A DNA stretch of 64,000 bases, taken from Eledone cirrhosa (taxonomy: Eukaryota). Position 1 is the first letter of the stretch. The number at the start of each line of letters is the position of its first letter. Positions 1 to 14,246 of this stretch are shown one piece after another. Where the stretch lies: the NCBI GenBank assembly GCA_964016885.1, contig OZ024742.1, positions 224,006,001-224,070,000 on the forward strand, read 5' to 3'. The notes under the pieces were generated by a model that saw only the letters and a list, made by a program, of their open reading frames with translations, had not been told where the DNA came from and did no database searches. The translations under genes were made by a program, and so were the position numbers.

Positions 1-739
1 AATGAGAGCTATGATGATGACGATGATGATGATGGTGATGATGGAAAGAGAGGCGAAGACAAAAGGTCGATGGAGAAGCGGAAAAACAAAAGCACAATGG
101 CGAAAAATTTTAAGTAGTTTGACAGACCGGAAGGCGCGATTCAGCCGCATGTGACTTCCTGTCCATTCAATCAATATGGCAGAGAGTTTATAGTGTGGTG
201 AGTAACTGAGAGGTTGAATTAAAGGATTGGGAAGGAGTGACTGTGAATGTGACTCTGCTGTGTTGCTCTACCGTGCTCTGGCTGCACCGTGCTTTTATAC
301 TAAAAGTGATTATTGAGTGATGACGGGTAGGTAGGCAGTCAGGCAGGCAGGCGATCAGTCGTTTGAGCGAGCGACGTAGCGTATTTGCATACGTCATCTA
401 TTGGTTTGTGTTTATAAGCCATTTGTTCGCAGGCATCGCTTCGCTAACGACTTGAATAGGTAACACGAAAAGTACATTAGTAGGAAAGAACAGAGAAAAC
501 TAGATTGAGAAGAAGGAGAAGGAAAGGGCCAGCGAAGGTATTGACATGTATTGAAATGTAACTAACATCTTACTTGTCGTAGTAACACGTGCTAATTGCC
601 CAACTGATTACGTTTCTTTTCAACCAATCACGATGCTTCATTGCTTTAATTGACTTGATCACATTTCATTCAAGGCTTCCCATTCAACTTCATGCATTTT
701 GTTTGTTGTTGCAATTTCTCTTCTTGTCATTGTCGTCAT

Positions 740-1980
740 TATTGTTGTTGTTGTTGTTGTTGTTGTTATTTTTTTGACGGCGGTGCTTAGCAGTGATGGA
801 GATGGTGATGGGGGTGGTGTTACTGTTGTTGTGTCGCTGTGCTACTAAATGGTGATTGTTTGTTTCAATGTTTGTTGTCGTCATTTTTGTTATTGCTGTT
901 GTTGTTGTTGTTATTGTTACAATTTTGTTGTTGTTGTTCTTATTGTTGTGGCAGTGGTACTTAGTGGCGATGGTGGAGGTCTTACGATGTTTGTTGTTGT
1001 TGCTTTATTGTTGATGTTTCTGTTGGTGCATTTTGTTGTTATATTGATGGTAATGGTGATGATGGATTTGTTGCTGTTGTTAGGGGTGATGATGGTTTTG
1101 TTGTTGTGTTACTATGGTGGTTAGTAGTAATTTTGTTGTTGTTGTTGTTGGTGTTGGCAGTGGTGTTAGTGTGGCGGTTAGTAGTGATGGGGGTTTTATT
1201 GTTGTTACTTTGGTGGTTTGTGGTCATGGTGGATGCAATGCTGTTGTTGCTCGTATTAGTGGTGATGATGGTTTTGTTGTTGTTGTTGTTGTTTGTGGTA
1301 GTATTACTGTGATCGTGGTTTTGTTGTTGTTGTTGTTGTTGTTTGTGGTAGTGTTACTGTGATGGTGGTTTTGTTGTTGTTGTTGTTGTTTGTGGTAGTG
1401 TTACTGTGATGGTGGTTTTGTTGTTGTTGTTGTTGTTGTTTGTGGTAGTGTTACTGTGATGGTGGTTTTGTTGTTGTTGTTGTTGTTTGTGGTAGTGTTA
1501 CTGTGATGGTGGTTTTGTTGTTGTTGTTGTTGTTGTTGTTTGTGGTAGTGTTACTGTGATGGTGGTTTTGTTGTTGTTGTAATTGCGGAGGTTTGTGGTG
1601 TTGGTGTTTGTGTTAGTCTGGTGGTTAATGGCGACAGAGGTTTTGTTGATGTTGATTTTGTTGTTGTTGTTAGTGTGATGGTTAATGGTGGTGGTAGTCT
1701 TAGTGTGGTGGTGGTAGTTTTGTTGTTGTTGTTGTGGTGGTGGTGGTAGTCTTAGTGTGGTGGTGGTTAGTGGTGGTGGTGGTGGTAGTTTCGTTGTTGA
1801 TTTTGTTGTTGTTGCTGTTAGTATTTTCGTGGTTTTGTTGTTTTTGTTGTTGTTAGTAGTCTTAGTGTGATGGTTAGTGCTAATGGAGATTTTGTAGTAG
1901 TAGTAGTAGTAGTTGCTGTTGTTGTGTTTCTCTTGCTGTTGTTACTGTTGTTGTTGTTGTTGTTGGTGTTGGTGTTAATG
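740..1980. repeat. (GTT)n/(GGT)n low-complexity tract, with a ~45-54 bp minisatellite at ~1270-1580
   Basis: Visible trinucleotide runs; repeated unit gtgatggtggtttt(gtt)n-tgtggtagtgttact. Confidence 0.9.
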
Positions 1981-2076
1981 CAGTTGTATTTCAGTAACGA
2001 AGAAAGAAAAAAAAAAAACTAAACAGGTTGGTGGTCGCTAGTGCACGGGGTACCAGTTTAGAGATTATAGCCACAG

Positions 2077-4345
2077 AAAACACACACATGCACATATATA
2101 AACATACCACATACATATACACATATATACACACATTTACACATACATATACACATATACACACATGCACATATATAAACATACACATACACATATATAG
2201 ACATGCACATATATAAACATACATATACACATATATACACATGCACATATATAAACATACACATACACATATATACACATGCACATATATAAACATACAT
2301 ATACACATATATACACATGCACATATATAAACATACACATACATATACATATATACACACATTTACACATGCACATACATATACACATATATACACATGC
2401 ACACATATAAACATGCACATACATATACATATATACACAAATTTACACATGCACATACATATACACATATACACATATACACATATATACACATGCACAT
2501 ATATAAACATACACATACATATACACATATACACACATATACACACATATACACATACATATACACACTATACACACATGCACATATACAAACGTACACA
2601 TACATACACATATGCACATATATAAACATACCACATACATATACACATATATACACACATTTACACATACACATACATATACACATATACACACATGCAC
2701 ATATATAAACATACACATACACATACACATATACACATATACACATACATACACGCATATTCACATACATACATACATAGGCATATACACACATACACAC
2801 GCATACATACATATGGCCACATATACACATACATAGACATATACATTCAAAAACATACACGCACTTATACACCCAAACATATATATACACACACACACAT
2901 ACACACATAAGCACACGCACATACTCACACACAGTTACACACATATGCACACATACACGCGCATGGAATCATGCACACATACACACATGCATATATATAC
3001 ACGAACATACACATATATGCATATATACGCCCACACATACGTACAAATACATACACATGCACACATATGCATACACACGCATACACAGGTACATACGTAC
3101 ACTCCAACCAGAAGTTGTAGGGGGCGCTGATCATGTGGGTTAATGGTGGCATTGTCTTGCTTGTCAAATATGACATTTTTATATGTGTGTGTATGTGTGT
3201 AAGTGTATGATGGTGTGTGTGTGTATGTATGTGTACGTGTGTAAGTGTATGATTGTGTGTGTGTGTGTGTGTAAGTCAATGATTGTGTGTGTGTGTGTGC
3301 AAGTCAATGATTGTGTGTGTGTGTGTGTAAGTCAATGATTGTGTGTGTGTGTGTATGTGTGAGTATGTGTGTAAGTGTATTGATGCGTGTGTGTGTGTGC
3401 ATGTGTGTGTATGTGTGTATGTATGTAAGTGTATGATTGTCTGTGTGTGTATGTGTGTAAGTGTATGATTGCGTGTGTGTGTATGTATGCGTATGTCAAT
3501 AATTGTGTGTGTGTGTATGTGTGTGTATGTGTGTAAGTGCATGATTGTGTGTGTGTGTATGTATGCGTACGTGTGTAAGTGTATGATTGTGTGTGTGTGT
3601 GTATGTGTGTAAGTGTATGATTGTGTGTGTGTGTGTATGTATGCGTATGTGTGTAAGTGTATGAATTGTGTGTGTGTGTGTGAGAATATGTGTGTAAGAC
3701 CATGATCGTGTGAACGTGTGTGTACATGTGTGTGTGTGCATGTATGTGTGCATGTGTTTGTATATGTGTATGCATGTATGCGTAAGTGTGTGTGTATGTG
3801 TGTAAGTGTAAATTTGTCTGTGTGTGTGTGTGTGAGAATATGTGTGTAAGGGCATGATTGTGTGAGCATGTGTGTGTGCATGTGTGTGTACATGTATGTG
3901 TGCATGTGTTTGTATATGTGTATGCATGTATGCGTAAGTGTGTAAGTGTATATTTGTGGGAACATTAGTTTGTATGAGTGTGTGTCAATAAGTGCTTGCA
4001 TGTCTGTGTAGATATATGTGTGAGTGCAAGTGTGTGTGCGTAAGTGTGTGGTGTGTGTATGTGCATGTTTATGGGTGCATCACGTGTATGTGTGTGTCAG
4101 TACGTGTGTATCTGTATGTGCGTGTAGATGTATGTTTGTTTGTGTCCGTTTGCTTACCTGGATAAATAAATATGTGTTTGTATGTGTGAGAGAGTATGTA
4201 TGTATGTATGTATGTATGTATGTATGTATGTATGTATGTATGTATGTATGTATGTATGTATGTATGTGAGTGTGTGCAAGACTATATGTCTGAGTGTACG
4301 TGTGTGAGTGTGTGTGTGTACTGTAGCGTCTGTGTGTGTGTGCTT
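2077..4345. repeat. Degenerate (CA)/(TA)/(TG)/(TATG) microsatellite field
   Basis: Visible dinucleotide and tetranucleotide repeats; strand polarity flips near 3100-3180. Confidence 0.9.
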
Positions 4346-4524
4346 GTGCTAAGTATACCCAGTTACTTACCAAACGGAATCTCATCCATCAATCATCCAC
4401 TTTAGGTGGTACACCCCACCCTTTATAGTACAATTCCGACTCCATTGGCCTTCCATACATCTCAACGGACACCCTACATACATTCTCCATTCACTCTCTT
4501 CTTTGTTATACGTTATCACTGTTA

Positions 4525-5575
4525 CTATTGTTGTGGTAGTGGTGGGGATAGCGGCTGTGGTAGAGGTAGTGGTGGTAGTGTTGGCTGTGTTGGTGGTGGT
4601 GGTGTTGGTGGTGGTGATGGTGTTGATGTTGGTGGTGGTGATGGTGTTGGTGGTAGTGTTGGCTGTGTTGGTCGTGGTGGTGTTGGTAGTGGTGGTTGTA
4701 TTGGTGTTGTTGGGAGTGGTGATGGTGTTGATGATGGTGATGGTGTTGATGTTGGTGATGGTGTTGGTGGTAGTGTTGGCTGTTGGTCGTGGTGGTGTTG
4801 GTAGTGGTGGTTGTATTGGTGTTGTTGGGGGGTTGGGGGTGATGATGTTGGTGGTGGTGATGGTGTTGATGTTGGTGATGGTGTTGGTGGTGGTGTTGGT
4901 GGTGGTGGTGGTGATGGTGTTGGTGCTGGTGATGGTGTTGGTGGTGGTGATGGTGTTGTTGGTGGTGATGGTGTTGGTGGTGGTGATGGTGGTGGTGGTG
5001 GTGATGGTGTTAGTGGTGGTGGTGGTGATGGTGTTGGTGGTGGTGATGGTGGTGGTGGTGGTGATGGTGTTAGTGGTGGTGGTGGTGATGGTGTTGGTGG
5101 TGGTGATGGTGTTGGTGGTGGTGATGGTGTTGGTGGTGATGATGGTGTTGGTGGTGGTGATGGTGTTGGTGGTGGTGATGGTGTTGGTGTTGGTGGTGGT
5201 GATGGTGGTGGTGATGGTGTTGATGGCGTTGGTGGTGGTGATGGTGGTGGTGATGGTGATGGTATTGTTGTTGGTAGCGGTGGTTGTGTTGGTGGCGGTT
5301 GTGTTGGTGGTGTTGGTGGTAAGTGATGGTGTTGATGGTGTTGTTGGTGGTGTTGGTGGTAGTGTTCTTGGTGTTGTTGTTGGTAGCGGTGGTTGTATTG
5401 GTGTTGTTGGGGGTGGTGATGGTGTTGATGGTGTTGGTGGTGGTGATGGTGTTGGTGGTAGTGTTCTCGGTGTTGTTGTTGGTAGCGGTGGTTGTGTTGG
5501 TGGCGGTTGTGGTGATTGTGTGTGTCGTGTTGGTAGTGGTGGTGATTGTGTGTGTCGTGTTGGTAGTGGTGGTGA
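4525..5575. repeat. (GGT/GTT/GAT)n low-complexity tract
   Basis: Visible trinucleotide repeats. Confidence 0.9.
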
Positions 5576-6019
5576 GTAAAGTTGAGTGACGTTTCGAAAG
5601 CCCCTTTTCCTTTTATGCAAATTCCTGTTCGAATTATAATACGTCATCAGTATCATTGAAGAGATCACCATTACCCCCCTCCCCCCACCATAACACTTAC
5701 ATAAACATACATACATGCATAACATATATAATACATACATACAGGCAATCGTGCATACATAATACATAGATAAATACATACATACAAACATACAGGCAAT
5801 CGCCGTGCATGCATATAAAATACATAGATACATACATACAAGCATGCGTTTATACATACATACATAATACAAAGATACATACATACAAACATACAGGCAA
5901 TCGTGCATGCATATATAATACATAGATACATACAAGCATGCGTGTATACATACATACATAATACAAAGATACATACATACAAACATACAGGAAATCGTGC
6001 ATGCACATATAATACATAG

Positions 6020-6297
6020 ATACATGGTGGCTGCCAACTCGTTTTCGAGTACGGCCACTACTTTATATCCATGTAGGAGAACCCCTACCGATGCGCTGAA
6101 CGAGTGTGACTTTTTAGTCCAGCCAGCGACTTGAAAACTCTGGTACAAACACTACACTTGTGACCATTATTGACACATAGTGCTGGGGCCATGGTACCAT
6201 GTGACGACAAGTGCAGAGAGATCTCCAGATATAAAACAATGCTTGTGCCGTGAAGCTTTTATAGTGAGCAAAGGCACTGCACAAAGCCAGTCCCACT
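6020..6297. repeat. ~277-bp dispersed repeat (copy 1), inside a CATA-rich minisatellite
   Basis: Near-identical to 25525-25802 (tacatggtggctgccaactcg...gccagtcccact). Confidence 0.85.
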
Positions 6298-6577
6298 GGT
6301 ACATAGATATATATACATAGATACAGACAAACATACAGGCAATCGTGCATGCATATATAATACATAGATACATACATACATATAAGCAAGCATGCGTATA
6401 TACATACATACATAATTCATACATACATTCATACATACATGCATACATACACATATCCATACGTACATACATATATACATGCGTACATACATATAGATAT
6501 ATACATGCAAACATGCATACATACATAATACATATATACATACGTGCATACATACATAATACATACATATATAAATA

Positions 6578-6670
6578 TGGGTGTGTGACTAGGAAATTCG
6601 CTTGGCAACCTCATGATTTCGGGTTCAGTACTAATGTGTGGTACTGTGGGCAAGTGTCTTCAATCACGCC
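6578..6670 (+). mobile_element. Decayed tRNA-derived SINE 5' part
   Basis: Decayed A/B-box-like head followed by gggcaagtgtctt; related copy at 28888-28990. Confidence 0.55.
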
Positions 6671-7644
6671 TAATTTTGCATCTATGTAACAGTGGTAATT
6701 TCATATGTTTTATGTAAGGGCTACTACTTTTACCCTTATTGGTATATATACATGTATATGCAGCGTTCATGGTGTACTTACACCCCCAAAACAACAACAA
6801 AAAACAAAAACAAAAACAGTATTAAAAAAAAAAAGTTAGAACCCGAGAGGAATCTTCGTCTCATGCCAACTGACTTATCTGCCCCCCCCCCCCCCGACCT
6901 GCCAACCTCTAAAAAACCCAAACGGAAAGTACCATGAAAAAAGTGCCCCAAAACGGGGAGAAATTAGGCAAAATGTGGGAGATTTTACATAATGAAAGCT
7001 ATGCCAGTTTTCACAAGAGAAGACATTTCTCACCCACCCCAAAGTGGTTGGGAGATCTCCTCGTCGGATGGGGAGAGTTGACAAGTTTGCCACTCTCTGT
7101 TCTGGCCTGGTCATTGATCTTCTAGTCAAAGGCTGGTCTTTTGTTGCCATATTTCTAATGAAATTCACAGTCTCTGCTTTAAATTTCGAAAATAATCAAT
7201 GATTTGGAAGATATAGTAATATAACTAACTTTTCTCGTTATTAAGCTGGTGTTTGGAACGGAACATAACTTAACCAAGGTACTTACATAACATTATGATG
7301 GAATGTTTAAGTTAGATATAAACATCTTAAATTAAGTCTTATATCGTAGAACCTGTGGTAGATTCAAAATGTTTGGTATTAAAAGAGTTAAGAATTCTTT
7401 ATAAGTATCTTACTAATATTTGGAGTTCATATCGTGAAATATCAAGTTTAAGAAATGCCGTATCTCAAGAAACGCCGTATGCCAATACGACGCCCCTACG
7501 ACTCTATTAGTATATTAAGTTTAAAGTTTCTTCATAAGTCGTTCAGTAATATCTTTGGGTTCATATGGTCAAAAGAAAAAAAAAACAAAAAAAACCCCAA
7601 ACAAAAAGAAAAAAAAACAACAAAACAAACAAACAAAAAACACG

Positions 7645-7770
7645 GAAGGCGTGTGGTTTAGTGGTTACAGCGTTGGATTCACAATCATGATGTTGTAAAA
7701 TCAATTCCCGAGCCGGGCGATGCGTTGTGTCCTCGAGCAAGACGCTTAATTTCACGTTGCTCATTCTGCC
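7645..7770 (+). mobile_element. tRNA-derived SINE 5' part (octopus OK-like)
   Basis: ggcgtgtggtttagtggtt A-box then gtgtcctcgagcaagac and ttcacgttgctc; related copies at 14850-15005(-), 20077-20190(+), 42560-43050(-). Confidence 0.6.
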
Positions 7771-8179
7771 TGGAGTTGCGACTCGCATGTATTATCAGCA
7801 ATTGGAAAGAGCAATGGTCTGATCTGACGAGATCCCCATCACTCTGGAAGCAAATGAAGTCTGAGATATTGCCATTCGGATTCGGATAGTAAAAAGGGGA
7901 TAAGAGACAACTGTTCTAGAAAAATTATAACCTGGGGTTAAATAACAATAGCCAGCTAAAGATCTTCTCAGTAAGGCTGACCTAGGGTTAACAAACAACA
8001 TGATCATTACTACTTCAGTCAATTAGTTGCAAGCTATTGATTCTAGGATTTAACAATCAATTACTTGTTTCAATAAATGTTTCTGCCGGTGTTAACAAAC
8101 CTTCGGATTAAGTTCACACCAAACCTGGGATTATCTGCTGCCCTTTTTCCTGCCTTTTCTTTTGCTCTTGTCTTTCTTT

Positions 8180-8183
<4 letters not shown>

Positions 8184-8245
<62 letters not shown>

Positions 8246-8280
8246 ACTCTCTCTTACTTCTCTTCTCTCTTCTTTTTTTT

Positions 8281-8344
<64 letters not shown>

Positions 8345-8351
8345 CTCTCCT

Positions 8352-8421
<70 letters not shown>

Positions 8422-8533
8422 TCTCTCTCTCTTTCTCTTCTCTGACTCTTTCTCGTTTACTTTTCTCACTTTATCTTATTTCCTTCTCTCTCATTTCCTC
8501 TCTCAACCCCCTCTCTCTCCTTCTCTCTTTCTT

Positions 8534-8610
<77 letters not shown>

Positions 8611-8625
8611 GACACTCTCTCGCTC
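8184..8625. repeat. (CT)n/(CA)n microsatellite
   Basis: Visible. Confidence 0.95.
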
Positions 8626-8940
8626 TAATCCTCATTTTAATCGAAACACTAACTAAATGTTGGGCAATGAAACCTCTTTGTTCCCGCCTGGCTCGGCATT
8701 AGTCTGGCCACGTGTCACTAGAGGACGTTATTTCAATGTTAACCAAAGAGAAGGGAGGAGGAAAAGATAGGGGAGAGAGAAAGAGAGAGAGAGAGAGAGG
8801 GATAGATAGATAGATATAGATATAGCGAGAGGTATATATATATATATATATATAGACACCCTATATATTTCCAGGGGTACTTAGTACCTGTGGAGATATT
8901 AACTTCTTTTAATATATATATATATATATATTTTTTTTTT

Positions 8941-9077
8941 AGTCTTGAATTAGCCGTCGAAACGGGTTGAGCTCAGCCGTCGGGGTCCTACTCGTTCCTA
9001 TTACCCACTCTACTACCCTAAGTATTGGGTACTTTGGTGCGTTATGGTCCACCTGGTTCCTTACCACATTTCCTCCG

Positions 9078-9114
<37 letters not shown>

Positions 9115-9221
9115 AAAATGGGAGGGGAACAAAACAGAGGCAGTACGAACAAAGGTTTATTAGTTTCACGCTCTTAAGAGTGGAGTGTTGGTGGGGAACG
9201 ACGTTTCGGGCATAAGCCTTT

Positions 9222-9276
<55 letters not shown>

Positions 9277-9466
9277 GAACGAGTAGGACCCGACGGCTGA
9301 GCTCAAGCCGTTTCGACGGCTAATTCTGGACTGAATTAGTCGTCGAAACGGCTTGAGCTCAGCCGTCGGAGTCCTACTCGTTCCTATTACCCACTCTACT
9401 ACCCTAAGTATTGAGTACTTTGGTGCGTTATGGTCCACCTGGTTCCTTACCACATTTCCTTCGTTA
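8941..9466. mobile_element. PLE-like pseudo-LTR fragments in direct and inverted arrangement, separated by (TA)n
   Basis: 8946-9080 repeated at 9332-9466; inverted copy 9275-9326; contains HHR 3' half GAAAC-ggcttgagctcagcc-GTC; a different fragment 9111-9223(-) has AAGA-aaggcttatgccc-GAAACGTC and AATAAA. Confidence 0.65.
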
Positions 9467-9589
9467 TAAATATGTATATATATATATAGAGAGAGAAGTA
9501 AATGATAGTATCAGTATAGAAACAGTTCTTCTCTTTCTCTCAAACAACCAGAATGGTACCAACAGTTGGGAAGGTGATTGTATGTAACG

Positions 9590-10105
9590 TAGTGGTGGTG
9601 GGGGAGATAGTAATGTTGGGGTAGTGTTGTTGTTGATGATGGTGTTGGTTGTGGGGGTGGTTGTATTGGTGTTGTTGTTGGTGGTGTTGTTGTTGGTGGT
9701 GTTGGTGTTGGTGGTATTGTTGATGTTGGTGGTGTTGGTGGTAGTGGTGTTGTTGTTGGTGGTGTTGGTGGTGTTGGTGGTATTGTTGATGTTGGTGTTG
9801 TTTTTGTTTGTATTGGTGGTGTTGTTGGTGTTGGTGGTGTTGGTGTTGGTGGTGGTGATGGTGTTGGTGGTGGTGATGGTGGTGATGGTGTTGGTATTGG
9901 TGGTGGTGGTGATGGTGTTGGTGGTGTTGGTGGTAGCGGTGTTGTTGTTGGTGGTGTTCTTGGTGTTGGTGGTGTTGTTGGTGTTGGTGGTGTTGTTGGT
10001 GTTGGTGGTGTTGGTGGTGTTGTTGGTGTTGGTGGTAGAGGTGTTGTTGATGGTGGTAGTATTGGTGTAGTTGTTGATGTTGTTGGTGTTATTGGTGGTG
10101 AGAGA
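9590..10105. repeat. (GGT/GTT)n tract
   Basis: Visible. Confidence 0.9.
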
Positions 10106-10379
10106 TGTGGTAATAGAAAGTTCAATGAATTCAGTCCAGTTAGTCTTCTATCTTTTATCTCTTAAGTATTTTTAATTGCTTAGTTTAGTTAGTATTATAA
10201 CTAGTATTATAACTGGTTGATTTTGTCGATCTTGTCGATCTTATCGATCTTATCGATACTCCCAGGACCGTCGCGTGGACGCTTCTATCTTGACAACATT
10301 GGACTTGGCAGAGTTTACTGAGAAAGAACAGCAATGTGTTCACCTGTAGCGGAACCACATCTAGCCAAGCTTTGTTACT

Positions 10380-10640
10380 GACACTCTTGTGGACACGACA
10401 AGAAGAAGTTAATATCTCTTCAAATACCGGTCGCTTTCCGACAGGTTTGCGGTTGTACCCTTGGCAGTAGAGACTTCTGGTGACCTCGGCCCTAGGGCTA
10501 CCTCTATACTCACCACCATAGGCGCTGAGCTGGCCAGCCGCAGGTGTGAGCCTCGCGAGCTGGAATGGCTTTTCCAGCGCGTCTCCCTTGCCGTCCTCCG
10601 GGGACACCTTCTCCATTCTGTCCGCCGGGGCTGTGGGGAG
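10380..10640 (+). pseudogene. CRE-like non-LTR retrotransposon C-terminal (restriction-like endonuclease) fragment
   Basis: Translates KYRSLSDRFAVVPLAVETSGDLGPRATSILTTIGAELASRRCEPRELEWLFQRVSLAVLRG, matching the KY..L...F.PLAVET.G.....L.QR.S.AV.RG pattern of CRE-clade C-termini. Confidence 0.75.
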
Positions 10641-11783
10641 GCCACCAATATAATTGACTGACTTGTCCTTTTATCAGTTAGATGTTCTAATGATTCTATA
10701 TATATATATATACGTTCATATATATACATATATACATTTATGTTTAGGTTGTGCCTTGAAATCAATTAGTTTTAACCCAATATACATATACAGAAGTTAA
10801 TATTATAAAGTGACGGTGAAACATACATGTACACCAGGTCTGAACACAAAGAAACCAAACCCCACTCTCACTGCTTCCGTACCTCCAGCTCTCTCCACCT
10901 CTGACTATTATAAGCAATTGGGGGCCCACGCACTGACCATCCCGTGGCCCCGACTGACAGAATAGAGAAGGCGTTCCTTCACACCAACGATGAATGGGGT
11001 GTTTTTATTTATTTATTCATTTTTTATTGTTATTGTTATGGTTATGAATGGCGAACATGGTCTGAGTAAACTGGTCTGCTCTACATATGCACCTGTAGAT
11101 TACAGGTGGGAGGACAGCTGGATGAGGATGGCTGCTTTAGTGGTCAGGTTGGTCATATTCTTTTTTTAATAGGGTTTTTCACGACTAGCCATCGGAAGTT
11201 TCGCTCGCCCCCACCACCATATTGGAGAATTTTCTTTTTGTTTTGAATTTTATTATCACTTTTGTGTCGATATCAACGCAACCGCCACCTCCATCAATAA
11301 CTCCACCAGCCACCATCATCCCTATTAACGCCACCATCAACAACAATACCTCCAATACTAACACCATCACAACCAGCAACACCAATTTTACCATTAACTA
11401 CACCATATTGCGAGATATGGGCAATTTAGGCATTAAGGAAGGCATTGTCGTAAACCCGAGGAAACCACAGATAAATAATAGATTAGAAATGTGCGAGGTA
11501 GATTAGCTACTACAGCGACTTCGCGCATGCATATTTTTGACCATTTGGGGAGGAACACACTGATCGTTTGTTTTTGTTTTGAACCATTTTTGCTTCACAT
11601 TTGGAGGGAAGATGATAGCCCTGAAATATCATGTTCAGATGTGCTGGGTAAGACATTACTTTGGTTTGTTTTATTTGCTCTTTATATATTCCTGCGACAT
11701 TGTAAATTTTCCAGTTTATTATGTTTATTTCTGTTAGTCCTCATTTTTACACGTTTCATGTAAACCCACCACATATAGTACCT

Positions 11784-12050
11784 CTTCTTCTTCTTCTTCT
11801 TCTTCTTCTTCTTCTTCTTCTTCTTCTTCTTCTTCTTCTTCTTCTTCTTCTGGAGGTTCTTGCGGACAGTGTCCTCTGACACGCTTGCCAGAGTGTTCTG
11901 TTGGAAGCAAATGTCTTCAAATAATCCGACTGGTGCCCCAAGTGAGATCAACCGAGGTAATGGATGTTGTCCAACCATCTTGCTCGTGGTCTACCCCTCG
12001 TTTCCTTGACGGTTGGTTTTGTTCATAAACATTTTCCGGCAATTCTTTTC
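11784..12050 (-). pseudogene. RTE-clade LINE 3' end with (GAA)n tail
   Basis: Minus strand reads RGRPRARWLDNI...ASNRTLWQ, typical of the RTE ORF end; followed directly by (GAA)n at 11784-11850. Confidence 0.75.
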
Positions 12051-12189
12051 ATAGACGTTTTAATCAAATCTCTATAGTACCGGAGCTGTGATGTATTTAA
12101 TGGTTTAACCAGCAATATAGTTCGATTTGTTGTTTGTTAACTGCGGTGTAAAAATGACAAAATCCGATTATACTACTCGTGTGTCACTG

Positions 12190-12411
12190 TAGTAGTATTA
12201 GTAGTAGTAGTAGTAGTGGTGGTGGTGGTGGTAGTGGTGGTGGTGGTAGTGGTAGTGGTGATGGTGGTGGTGGTGGTGGTAGTGGTGGAGAGGGTGGTGG
12301 TGGTGGTAGTAGTAGTAGTAGTAGCAGCAGCAGCAGCAGCAACAGAAGCAACAGCAGCAGTTAGAAGGATTTGGACAAAGGCAGCGGCCGTCTAAAAGTA
12401 ATGGGGCCTTA

Positions 12412-12498
<87 letters not shown>

Positions 12499-12864
12499 CG
12501 ACAATGATAGTACCGACAAAAGCAACAACACAACAATGACAATAACAACAGCAACAGCAATAATAGCAGCAACGCCACCACCACCACCACCACCAACAAC
12601 AACACTAACAACAGCAACAACTACAACACCAACAACGACAACGACAGCAACACCAACGTCAACAGCTACAAAAAACAAAACAAAAAACAATGGCGTATTT
12701 TATTATATAAGCTGTACACACAATGATAAATGATCCGCAGTAGAGTGAGAACAAAAATTAACAACCAATAAAAACTGTTGTTTTATTTACTTCCTAGTGC
12801 AGCTTGTGTTCATCATTACTATTATTATTATTACTATTATTATTACTATTATTATTACTATATG

Positions 12865-12909
<45 letters not shown>

Positions 12910-13182
12910 TTGTACACTTACGTTTGCTTCTCCGCTTCTCCGCTATATGTATGTGTTTTGTTGTTATTGCTGTACTGTTGTTGTTCTTGTTGTTCTTGTG
13001 TGTTGTTGTATGTTGTTGTACACTTTTTGTTTGTTTTCTATGTTAATTGTGTTTTGTTATTGCTATTGTTGTATTCGTTTTTTTTTGCTTTATTGTATGT
13101 TGTTGTTGTTGTTGTATGCTGCTGTTGTTGTTGTTGTTGTAAGTTGTATACTTTATGTTTGTTTCTGTGCTGTATGTATGTT

Positions 13183-13217
<35 letters not shown>

Positions 13218-13253
13218 GATATTGTTGTTGTTGTTGATATTGCTGTTGTTGAT

Positions 13254-13284
<31 letters not shown>

Positions 13285-13440
13285 ATATCGTTGTTGTTGA
13301 TATTGTTGTTGTTGATATTGTTGTTGTTGATATTGTTGTTGTTGTTGCCGTTGTTGTTGTATGTTGTTGTTGATATTGTTGTTGTTGTGTGTTGTTGTTG
13401 CTGATATTGTTGTTGATATTGTTGTTGTATGTTTTATGTT
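12190..13440. repeat. Cluster of (AGT), (GGT), (CAA), (ATT), (GTT) microsatellites
   Basis: Visible. Confidence 0.9.
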
Positions 13441-13903
13441 ATTGCTGTATTTCTTTCGTTTGCTATTTCACTTTAGTATTTACTATAGTTTTATGTACTT
13501 ATTTATTATACTTATTTATGTTAGTTTGCTTCTATTAATTTTCATTATTGTCCCCCTTTTTTTTTTTCACATTTTTTACTTTTCGTTTTTGATTTTTTTT
13601 ATATGATGCTTTATTAGCCGACTGTTTTTCCTTTTCCGTGTTTTACACGTTATCAAGTGACTGAAGAACACGGCCAACATAACTCAGCCGTTGTTTATAA
13701 CGGTTTATAACTGACGTTGGGCTTCTTAATCCGTCCTAGTTTTTGAAACGTATATTGTAAGTGTATTAGAAAGAATTAAAGAGCGTTCACGGAGGAAAGG
13801 GTAAGGATGAGAGTGGGGGTTGATGAGGAACAGTAGATAGTGGATGGGAAAAGGTTCTTTTTTAGTGAGATTTTTTTTCTCTCGGAGAGACGTTATACGT
13901 ATG

Positions 13904-13950
<47 letters not shown>

Positions 13951-13960
13951 ACACACACAG

Positions 13961-13993
<33 letters not shown>

Positions 13994-14124
13994 TATATAT
14001 ATATATGTATGTATGTGTTTATATATCTATTAAATTGCGCTAAACAGCCAATGTATACGAGAAGTTTATATCTGTATAAATACAGTACAGAGGTAAGCGA
14101 CACTACGTAAATGTATGCACACAA

Positions 14125-14246
<122 letters not shown>

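Noticed and set aside
4365-4510. Minus-strand exon ending at a GTAAGT donor (4370)
   Set aside because: All three frames contain stops before the donor and no acceptor is evident
4382-6148. 588-aa Thr/Pro-rich mucin-like ORF
   Set aside because: Runs through unrelated microsatellites and a dispersed repeat; the same composition recurs at 9511 and 30193
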